Source of the DNA: Lama glama
Taxonomy: Eukaryota
Direction: 5' to 3'
NCBI GenBank assembly: GCA_028534125.1
Contig: CM052817.1
Coordinates: 83,640,001 to 83,704,000 of the forward strand
DNA length: 64,000 nucleotides
In this document: positions 1-54,659 of the stretch, piece by piece
Layout of the letters: every line of letters starts with the position of its first letter
Position numbering within the stretch: position 1 is the stretch's first letter
Notes under the pieces: generated by a model
The model's database searches: none
What the model was told of the DNA's origin: nothing
The model's input: the letters and a program-made list of their open reading frames with translations, nothing else
Translations under genes and position numbers: made by a program

Positions 1-100
1 GGAAACCCACAAAGAAGTGAACGACAAGGAACAGGAAACCCACGAAGAAGTGAACGAAAGGGAACAGGAAACCCACGAAAAAGAGAACGAGAAGGAACAG
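1..100 (+). repeat. 33-bp tandem repeat, 3 copies visible (truncated by window start)
   Basis: Units GGAAACCCACAAAGAAGTGAACGACAAGGAACA / GGAAACCCACGAAGAAGTGAACGAAAGGGAACA / GGAAACCCACGAAAAAGAGAACGAGAAGGAACA; period 33, substitutions only, no indels. Confidence 0.93.
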
Positions 101-1019
101 GATAGGCAAACTAAGTAAGTGTAAACTAAAACTCGTTTAAATTTCAGACGACAGATGCTGATCAAATGAAGAAAGCAGACAGCTGGACCAGCGGAGGCTC
201 CTTGTTTGCGGACCAAAGGGTAGAGGCTGGAGGCAATGCACAGGCTTGCCTGATGTCACAGGGACACACAGACGTAAGGCTACTTTCCTATAAAACGTTT
301 GCAGAGGTAAGGGTTGGTGGAGGAGACTGCACCTTTTAGAATATGGTGTGAACGAAGTTACATGAAGGTAAAGTTGTCAGTGTGTGGTTTCATGACATTG
401 TTGTTTTGGTATTTCAAGTCCCGGTAAGGAAAAGGGAAAACCCTAAAATGTGTTCACTGATCTTTCACGCCAGATACTGTGGCTTGTTACGAGAAAAGGG
501 CTCTCCCCACCCGCAATCGGCGGCGCCCCCTGGGGCAAGGCGAGGCCGCCGCCCGCAGCACAATGGGCGCCACCTCACACAGCTGGGCGCGGCGGGCGGG
601 CGGCAGGGCCGCGCGGCCGAACTGCGAGCGCGCCGGCCGGTGGCACATGGGCCCCTCGGGGCGGCGAGGCCAGCGGGTGGGTGTCGAGGATGCGGGCGGG
701 CACCTCGAAGGGCAAGAGCGAGGCGGCCACTCCGGGCCAACGCCCGCCAGCCTGCGCGGCCAACTCCGGCAGGCCTGGGCAGTGTCCTGCCGCTGTAGAA
801 GGCCTGCCCCTCGGTTGCCAAAACAACCCTAAGGGCTCCTTCCAAACACGTGGGCAAACCGCCGGGCCGGGCGGCTGCTCTCCCCTAGCCCCGTCGCGCT
901 GCGCCCAGGTGCCGCGCGGGGGCGAGCGAGCCAGCTCCGCTTCCCCTCCTTCTCTCCTCCCTGATCCTCCCCTCTCCCCCTCTTCTCCCTCCCACTCCCG
1001 CTGGCTCAGCCGCCTCCAC

Positions 1020-1039
1020 TTTCCAGATCTTTCTCGAAC
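1020..1039. promoter_or_regulatory. Heat shock element (HSF site)
   Basis: tTTCc-aGATc-tTTCt-cGAAc: four alternating nGAAn pentamers with one mismatch, about 390 bp upstream of the ATG of an HSP110 gene. Confidence 0.75.
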
Positions 1040-1283
1040 CCGCAGCTACTCGGGCAGCCGTTGCCCGAGTGCTGACGGAAGCAGCCGAAGTCGAGGCCGG
1101 GAGCAGCGTCGGGCTCGGAGCAGCATCTCGCGCGCCTCCCCGGCGGCCGAGCGCGCAGGCGCAGACCCCTGTAACTGCCGGTTGGAGGCGGCCGAACCGC
1201 AGTAGAGAGAGACCTGGGCGGCAGGGCTGCGGCGCTGGCGGCCTCCACCTCCGAGGTTCCCTGTCGCTCTGTCCTATATTTAA

Positions 1284-44766
<43,483 letters not shown>

Positions 44767-45319
44767 GTCTTAATTTTACCATCACATAATTCAAACAGTG
44801 CAAGTAACCACAGGGGCCATCCTTCTTTTACATCTGGTACACACAACAGATGTTTAGTTCTTCTTAACCACTTTTTGTCATTTGTTTTTTGGAGTAGTTT
44901 TGAAAAGTGTTTTATATTGAGTGCACCTCTGTTCATTTCCATTGCTGCTTATGTGAAGCTTTAGCTGAATATAGACTTACAAGTCAGTTTAAGCTATCCT
45001 AATGTATTTTATACCAAACATGCAAGATTGAGAAGTAGTTGGCAACAATCTACCTTATTTAAAGCTTCTACTTGGATAAACCTCAGCTCCTTTATTCAGG
45101 AAAGGATATTGTATTGCACTGTTGTTGCAGAAGCATAGATTTAATTGCATCATTATTTTGAAAAACAAATACTGAAATTGATGTGGTTTAAAGCCACTGA
45201 GGCACTGACCTTTTTCTAGTTACTGTACTGTTATAATTTAAATATTAAAATAAGAGGTTCCCTGACAAATTAGTCCATCTCATTGTTGTGCCATGAGAAC
45301 TCCAAAACTTTGTGATATA

Positions 45320-45325
45320 AATAAA
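45320..45325 (+). terminator. Candidate proximal polyadenylation signal
   Basis: AATAAA about 550 nt after the stop with T-rich sequence downstream; further AATAAA at 45809, 46934, 50775; usage unknown. Confidence 0.4.
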
Positions 45326-48300
45326 CTACATCACACATTGAAAGGGAAAATACACTATTTTATGTTAGAGTGGCACCAGCAGTTTGCTTTTTTTTTTTTT
45401 TTACTAGTCATGTGGATTGATGTTTCTCAAAGAAATTTGGTGTCTTTTGCACTTGAAACTTCTCATCTACTTGTCCTGAAGAACACCTGCTGCTAAAGTA
45501 TTGCTAGCCTAAAGATGATGAACCATTTTTGATGAAAATACTTTACCTTAAGGGGGAGATGCTGTTGACCTACTCAGACATGAATCTGTGATGTTGATAG
45601 CCTTGTTTCAGTTTTAATAGTTCTTTTAGTTTTCTTAACTGATTTCATTAATATGTTAACGCAGGGTAGGGAGAAATGGCACAATGTGTATTGCATTATA
45701 TACATTTATCACTGATTTGCTTAATGTCAGAATATAAACACTATTAAATAAGTGATAATACTTGAAAAGAGGCACTTATACGGTTAAGTCTTAGGAAATA
45801 ATGCTTGTAATAAACTTAACTATGTTACATATCAACAGACAAAATATAGAATGTTACATAGTCTGATATGATATGATTAAATTGTAGTTCCTGCTGTTAC
45901 ATTACTTGTTCAGACCTTGGCTCCAGTTTTGGTGCTTCATATACAAATTATATGGGACAAGGGACTGTAAAATTAAGATATTTTAAAGACTTAATCTGTG
46001 CTTCATCACCAGATTTGTTGACATTGTTCAGTTCTGTCCAGAAGCTTGAAACTAAAAGTATGGGAGCAGGCAGAAATAACTTTTCAACCTACAAGAAAAA
46101 GAAGCATAGACAGTGCATGGGCACTTGCATTCTTAAACGCCACTCAACCAACCAGATTGACCTAGGTTAAAATTTTGAAAGGCTCACTCTTTCCCAAAGC
46201 CACATATTTATATTTAGAAGATTATATTAATACTGACTTTTCTTAAGTAGTAAAAATTGAGAGTTTAGTATCTTTAGGGATAGTCTTTATTTCTCACTAA
46301 GTCTGTGAGAGATTTTGTTTCTACAATGTAGTCTGCACTGAAAGGAAAGTATGGAGCAGTGCATTTTGCAGGATTTTTATCCATCCTTTTTGAGGGAAGA
46401 GATGTCCCTTTTCTGCATTAAAAAAAATACATAGACCCAGTATATTTTTAATGTCTTCCAGCCTTTAACTATCTTTTTGTAATACTCTTAAAGTGAAATA
46501 ATTATATCCATTTTTAAAGCATGTATTGGTTACTTTTCATTTGTATGTTGAATATATAGGTTCACTTCAGTAAGAGCATCAAAGTTACGAAAGGGAATAT
46601 ATAACAGTCAGTACACATAGGAGTTTATAGCTTTTTTTGAGTTAAAATCTCAACCCACTTTGTTAGGAGCCATACCTCCAAAACTAATTGGGCATAAATG
46701 TGGCAACAACTCTTTTTGCATCTGAATTGTCTAGTAAATCCTGACATTTTCAGTTCCTTAAGCCAGTTTATGCAGTTCAGTGTTTTGGTCAAAAATGTAA
46801 CATTCCAGTTCCTACAGTTATGTAACACTTCATTTAATAAGTTAGATACATCCAAAGATAATGTGTATACTTTTCCTGCCCATTTATTTAACTTAAATTT
46901 TCAAAAGCTCTTAACATACTTAATGAATATATTAATAAAAAAGAAAATGTTCTCCTTAATACAGTCTTAGGTAGAAGGTAGGGTTCAGCTTATTTTTAAT
47001 CTGCATGAAATACGCAGTGCTAGACAAAAAAATTAAAGGTTTTTTTCAAAATAAAAAGCTGTAATTTTAGAAGTTAAGAAATACACAGAAAAACAGGATG
47101 TTTTCCTGTAGTAAACAAATAAGAACTAACTAGGCAATACCTAGGATGATTAATAAATATAGAGTAATACACTTCGACTCTATGGAAAAGTATAAATTAC
47201 TTGGTTTCAGGAATCAATGCCTGATAGCCAATTATACTGTGACTTTAAAAACAAAGATTGCTAAATAATATAACAAAAGAAAGTTTTTGATGTTTTAATT
47301 CCTTAGCAATGTACAGAATTCTTAAGTTTTAAAACAACTAGAAACAGTACACCAGAGAATTGGGCTACTGGAATAACCATCTCAATTTCAAAAAGGTAAT
47401 TAAATTAGACTTATTAAGAAGAAATAGATTTCTCAAGACTCTTTGGGGGTCAACTTTTAGTATGTCCATGATTATATTTCTTAGCTAGAAATCTGTTTAA
47501 AGTGAATTTGGGGGATTAATTATCAGTATAAAATGATAATGTTAAAACATTTTATCCAAATTAGCAAAAATTACCCATATTGACAGACAGCAACCATTTG
47601 AATACAGTGCTCAATTGACCCAAAATAAATATAACCATCCCTCCATTTTCATAAATTTGAATTGTAATAGTAAGCCTACAAACAGTCCCATTAGGAATTT
47701 GTTTCGTTCTTAAGAGCTGGTATTTGGTAGTCCACAAAAATTAAAGCCTTGGCATTAATTCTGCATATCATGGGTTTAGAAGAAACAGAAAAGTATAACT
47801 TCATCTTTCTTACCTTTTAGAATTTTACAACAAAAAACTTCAATTCTAGGAGAATGGATGTTTGGGTAAGCAAAAAAAAACAAAAACAAAAAAACCCCAA
47901 CACCTTCAATCCTAAAGTAAATGTTATTTTGTGGTTAGACTTTGGACCTTTGAGTTTTAAGTGGAATTTGGTTCTGTGATATTTAATTCCGTAAAACTTA
48001 ATGAGAAACACATCTTACTGCATTGATATATCAGTATTTAAAATCTGATGGCATTGACTAAAGTTAGCCACTGTTGACTTTTTAGATGACGTAGGGGTAG
48101 GGATGCTTATAACGTCTGATACTAATGTTGTATTATCCTCTTACACAGTGTTTTATAACCATCAGTAATTATCTTTCTTTTTGTCAAGGTTTAATTTAGT
48201 CCAAAGTAATTCCCAGGAAGCACGTTATTTTTTTCTTTTGATAAAAAGTACTAAAATTGAATGCAGATCAAGACCAAGTCTTTAACTAAAACAAGTAAAC

Positions 48301-51300
48301 AAAATGAAAACTTTATTTTACTTTCACATCTCAATTTTCAATGAATCAAAAATAATATCCTTCCATACACCCATGTTTCCTAACCAAACAGCTCTGTGTT
48401 TATAATATAGCCAGGTATCTTTCTTGCTAAATCCAAGGGTAAATGTTTCATACAATAACATGGCATCTGGAATCTTTAGACTGTTAACAAACTGCTTAGG
48501 AGAAAAGAAAAAAACTTACATGTCTGTGGCAGTGGTCAGTTCCTGTAGGTGGTCATGGCTCTTTCACCTTCTGGATCCCTAAGAGTACCTCTAGCATATT
48601 GTTAGAGTAATCGTTTTTTTTTAAAAGCATATCTTTTAAAATACATTATTAAATAACTTGGAGCCTTCAAGTCAAAGAAACAAAACTAATAATTGAATCA
48701 TGAACATATGATTCAGTCTGTCAAGCAGGTAAAAGTCCGTAACAAGAAATATTTAATAGTATGATCTTTGCTTTGGAATCTCTAATTTACTATCATGTCC
48801 TAAGTCACAGGATGAATATTAGGGAAATGTATCGATACCTAAAAATTACCCATTCTGTAAAGAGATTAGTCAACTTCAACATGTTTTAGTTTAATTGCAT
48901 TATAATACATGAACTATAAATGGAAATGGTCTTAGTCTTTCCTGTTATCTTGTTTCATTTTTCTTATTTACTACTAGACTCTTAAATAATCATTATATTT
49001 TTCTCATATTTTGCTTTTTTATTTGGATTATTCTTTAGGTCTTTTATTTCACGGATTTAAAAAAAATAGTTCCACTGCTTTATTACCCGTCTTCTTTTTA
49101 CTTTAAACCAAATCTTACTGTTAAGAATTTTTTGACTCTTAAATTCATACCCGAAAAGTCATGTCATAAGTTTCCATATGTAATATGTCTAAACTTTAAT
49201 AGTGACTTAACAGACTTTTCATATCCTGGCCTTTGAATAAGTTTTGGATCAAAAGAGGTCAATTTTGTTAATATTGTGTAGTCAGTAACCATGTTCCTCA
49301 TTTTTAATCCAAATATGAATGTGACAAGGGTCAGAATTGAAAATAGGTGTTAAAGATTAGACAGACACCTTCAGTTTTTTGCTGCCTTCTTATTACATGT
49401 GTGTTGGGGTTTTTTTGTGTTTTTTAGAATTTCTTGAATTTTTTGCTTCCAGACATTGAGTTAAATGCTTTTGAAATCATATGGGCCCACCCAGAATGTA
49501 GATGTAAAAATGTAATTAGAAATTGAGATCTAGGTTAAGGAAGCTTTAAAGTGTTGTAGGTTTTTTATCCCCTGAAATAATATTTCTATGGCTTAGTGTC
49601 TTGGAAAGAGACTCACATTAAAAGTAAAAAATTTTATATTTGGTAGGATGAAGCCACTGTTTAATATCACAGTATATAGAAGCAGTTTTTTAAAATGAAG
49701 TTACGAATTGTTTAGTACTAATATGACATCCGTCATTTTTTTCTCCAATCATTAAAATAATTTATATACATAGTGACTTCAACTCCAGTCTTAGTGCAAA
49801 TTACTTTCTGCCAGTTTTATTAATTCCTACCAGTTAAACTGTTTTAAGGAAACTACTACATTTGATTTCTTAATTTCCTAGTTTGTTTTCAGCACAAAGG
49901 GTGACCAGTGCAATGCAGAAAGTAGTAAGCCTGATGTGCCTATAAAAATAATTAACTGAATTTTGCATGTAACAGACCCTTAGTTTCAATGAGCAGACGT
50001 GAGAATGGGTTGTGATGTTAAGCTGATAATGTTCTAGGATCTACAGTTCTGGTTCATGAACATATCCATAAAATGTTTACATATGGCAGAATCGAAGTAT
50101 ATAAAACATTTTCTATGTATGTAAAATGGCATCTTCATACTAGTTAACAATTAGCAACTGATAAATGCATTTCACTTTTGGATAGCAAGTGCACACTGTC
50201 AAGAAGTTACGTAATTATAATAAATATGTATCTACTACTTGAACCATGAGTTTTGCACACCTGAGGCTTAATTTTCACATATTGAACTTCATTGACTTGA
50301 TAGTGGTTTGTGGACAGGTCATTAAAGTTATTTACATAAATTTGCCTGGCAATGTGAGGGCTTAGAGAAAACTGGCAAACTTTAAACCTTCAAATGCTAT
50401 TGATTCTGAAAACTAAAGTAGTAGTTTGCTAATAATGCAAGTGGTGTCAAAGAATAACAGTTTTCCATTGGAAGAGAAAACCTAGGAATAAATGAACCCG
50501 AAGACTTCAGAAATTTTCAATATGCAAAGATGAGCTTCCTGCCCCACAGTTTCTCCTAACCTCTTTTTGAGAATTGCTATTCCAGATGAAAATGTGTCAA
50601 ACAGCTTAGCATGTTGGGATCAGAAAAGAACTGAGATCCCCAGTCTAGATTACAGCATTTGGTGCTGCATCTTCTAGTGGTTGAACAACTTGTGAGAATA
50701 GGAAAGATAATGAATCCTCAATTCAGAAAAATGTTTATACCCCATACACTTTATAAACTTTCCAGTGAAATTCAAATAAATACTTTCAAAGTCTAGAAGA
50801 CGAAACAGTTGACAGTTCTTTCCTGTTCATCTTATCCTGAGTCTGAGAAAACTAGAGATGATATTTGCTCTCTTCTTTTTTTTTTTTAAAGAAACTCCTC
50901 AATCCCTAGTTATTAAACAAGAGTTAGTTGATAACCTTCAGAGGTGAACAAGGGTTGTCTGTTAACTGTAAGTTCCTCCTAATAGTTTATCCTCAAACTA
51001 CCTCCCCCTCTTTAAACGTAAAGAAATAGGTTCAGGATGTTCATGTAGTCTGCAAATACCAGAAGGCCATTAGAACCAGCTGTGTTGAGCACAATTACAT
51101 TTGGTCTCCTGTTTAACCTCACTGAAAAGGATTTGTGTATTGGTTTTAGAGATAATAAGGATCAGGTTCAATTAAGAGCAAATAACTAGGAAAGAAACCA
51201 TTCGTAGTAAAGAAAACCTTGAAGGCAAAGAGAAGCAAAAAACAAGGAGAAATCATAAAATAACAAGTATAGGTATCAGTAGTTATAGTAATATAATTCA

Positions 51301-51981
51301 AATACCATAAACTTCCCAGTTTAAGAACTATACTTAATATTTACAAGACACTTAATAAACATAATGATGTAGTAGTTGAAAGTAAGTTAATGAAAAATAT
51401 TAGAAAATGCCAATCAAAAGAAAAACTGTTAAGTCACTCATCAGGTAAAACTGACTTCAAGGTGGAAAGAAAAGGGAGTGTTGGGATGTACAGTGAGTTT
51501 TAATAATGACGATAGAGTAATTCAACAGAAACCTAACAATCTGAAACAACAGCCTCTAAATATATAAAGCAATTGACAATAACATACAAGTTTAGGCCCA
51601 CAAAAACAGTGATAACTGGTAGTATGCAATAAGTATAAAAAAGAATTGAATAGAATTTTAAAACCTAGGTATAATAGAATTACACAATCTGTACTACATA
51701 ACCTGTACACATGGAGTATTTATAAAAAGTGATACTGTAACCCAAAAGAAATTCCATATGCTAGAACTGAAAAAATGAACTTCTAGAAAAATCAAATCAT
51801 GCTGAAAATTAGAAAATACTTCTAACTGAATGACAATTTAAACCTATTTTAAGTTGCATCTCCTCTTTCTTTCATTGCAGTACACAAAAATGAAAATAAG
51901 CACTCAGCAGCCTTTAAATAAATCTGAATATAACATGCAACTTGGTAACATGCAACTGAAGCACTAATTCAAAAGTTTATA

Positions 51982-52271
51982 CAAGCGTACCTCACTTTAT
52001 TTGCTTTATAGATACTCCATTTTTTAAAATTGAGGGTTTACGTAACCATGCATTGTCAGATGAGGGTGTTTTTAGCAATAAAGCATTTTTTACTTAAGGC
52101 ATGTACATGTTTTTTAGACGTGCAAATGCTATTGCACACTTAGACTACAGTGTAACATGAATTTAACTTTTATATGCACTGGAAAATCTAAAACTTGGTG
52201 CAACTCACTTTATTGTGATACTCACTTTATTACAGTGGTCTGGAACCTGCAGTCGCTCTGAGGTATGCCTG
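51982..52271. mobile_element. Tigger1-derived MITE (Tigger1a-like)
   Basis: TA|CAAGCGTACCTC ... GAGGTATGCCTG|TA terminal inverted repeats with TA TSD; GCTATTGCACACTT..AGACTACAGT core. Confidence 0.85.
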
Positions 52272-52569
52272 TATGCTTTAATGCATATATTTAAAATGAG
52301 GTTGAAAATATAATGACCTGAGAATATCACAAAAAAGGCAGAAAGACAATAGCAAAAAAAAAAAAACCTAAATAAATCAGAGGTAAAGAAAGAAGGAAAC
52401 AAGAGCATAAATCAATAGCAAATGGCATAAAGAATCAACATTGAAACCTCTATCTGAAAAAAATATATATATTTTAAAACAGACAAGCCTCTAGCAAAGT
52501 TAATTAAGGAAAACAAACATAAGCATTAAAAGAAACTGATTTTGAGTTAACAATCTGTTCATAATTCCA

Positions 52570-54310
52570 TTTATGGCCCATCAAAAAGAATAAAATACCT
52601 AGGAATAAAACTAAGGAGGTAAAAATACCTGAACTCAAAACTAAGACCCTGATGATACAAACTGAACACAGCACAAACAGATGGAAAGACCATACTATGC
52701 AATCCCTAGATAAATACCAATGGCAATTTTCACAGAACTAGAACAAATAATTTTAAAATTTACATGGAAATACAAAAGACTTCAAATAGTGAAAACAATT
52801 TTCAGAAAGAAAAAGCTGGAAAAATGATTCCTGACTTTGGACTATACTACAGAGTTACAATCAAAACAGTATGTTACTAGCACACAAAAAGGACACAGAT
52901 CAGTGGAAAAGGACAGACAGCTCAGAAATATAACCCAGACATGTATGGTCAGTCTACAACAAAGAAGGCAAGAATATACAATGGAAAAAAGACAGTCTCT
53001 TCAATAAATAGTGGTGGGAAAACTGGGCAGCTACATGGGAAAGAGTGAAATTAGAACATTCTCTAATACCATGTACAAAAGTAAATTCAAAATGTATTAA
53101 AGATCCAAAACAATAAAACTAGACGAAAACAGGCAAAAGACTCTTTGACAAATCATACCAATATATTTTTGGATCTTTCTCCTAAAGCAAAGGAAAAAAA
53201 ACAAAAATAAACAAATGGGACCTAAATAAACGTAAGAGCTTCTGCACAGCAAAGGAAACCATCAACAAAATGAAAAGACAACCTATGGAATGTGAAAAAA
53301 TACTTGCAAGTGATATGACCAATAAGGGGTTAACATCCAAACTATATGAACTCACACAACTCAAAAAACACGTCCGATCAAAAAATGGGCAGAAGATCTG
53401 AATGGGTGTCCTTCCAAAGAAGACATATAGATGGCCAACAGGCACATGAAAAGATGCCCAACAGTGCTAATCAGAGAAATGTAAATCAAAACCATCATGA
53501 GTTACCACTTAATACCTATCAGAATGTCTATGATCAAAAAGACAAATGTTAGAGATGATGTGCAGAAAGGGAACCCCCTGCACTGTTGGTGGGAACATAA
53601 ATTGGTGCAGCCACTGTGGAAAACAGTATGAGGTTCCTCAAAAACTAAAAGTAGAACTACCATTATGACCCAACAACTCCACTCCTGAGTATATACCTGA
53701 AGAAAATGAAAACAGTAACTCAAAAAGATATGCACCTCAATGTTCATAGCAGATTTACAGTAGCCAAGATACAGAAGAAACCTAAGTGTCCACTGAATGG
53801 ATAAAGAAGATGTGGGGGGTGTGTGTATGTTTGGGGGTGTGTGTGTGTATAAAATGAAATATTACTCAACCATAAAAAAGAATGAAATAATGCCATTTGT
53901 AGCAACATGGATGGACCTAGAGATTATCATATTAAGTGAAGTCAAGTAAGATAAATACAATATCACTTATATGTGGAATATTAAAAAAATCTTACTTATA
54001 AACCAAACATAGATGCACAGACATTAAAAACAAACTATGGTTATTGAAGGGGAAATGGCAGGGGAGTGATAAATTAGGAGTTTGGAAGTAATAGATACAC
54101 ATTACTATACATAAACAGGGACATTGTATAACAGAGAGAACTATATTCAATTTCTTTTAAATTCTGTTTCTATGTAATAACACAATAGAACAGAAACTGA
54201 AAACTATATATATATATATATATATATATAAAAGTATATGCATAACAATCACTTTTCTGTATACCTGAAGCTAACATTGTAAATCAACTACACTTTAATA
54301 AAAAATAATC
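52570..54310 (+). mobile_element. 5'-truncated L1 (ORF2 3' part plus 3'UTR), decayed
   Basis: AAAATACCTAGGAATAAA, GCTTCTGCACAGCAAAGGAAAC, ATGGATGGACCTAGAG, TTGTAAATCAACTACACTTTAATAAAAA. Confidence 0.9.
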
Positions 54311-54659
54311 AATCATTAAAAGATGTGGCACATACATAAAATGGAATACTACTAAGCCATAAAAAATGAAAACTTGCCATTTGCCACAACATGGATGGAC
54401 TTGTATGATATTACTTAGTGAAATAAGTCAGACTGAGAAAGATATTGTATGATGTAACTTATACGTGGTACCTAAAAAATAAACTAGTAAATATATCAAA
54501 AAAAAACCACACTCACATAGAATGTTCAAAAATGAAGGCAAAATACTCATACAAAAGCTAACTTTCTCTTAGCAAATTTGCACCAGAAGTAATACCAACA
54601 GGGAATTCTTCATGAAAAAAAAAAGCATGGAAAAGAATGCACCAGAAAATATAAGTATG

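Noticed and set aside
1..100. CRISPR-like array
   Set aside because: Head-to-tail tandem repeat without unique spacers, in mammalian DNA, with no cas genes
45293..48011. Short 64-90 aa ORFs in the 3' region
   Set aside because: Chance-length ORFs in AT-rich sequence with no splice or homology support
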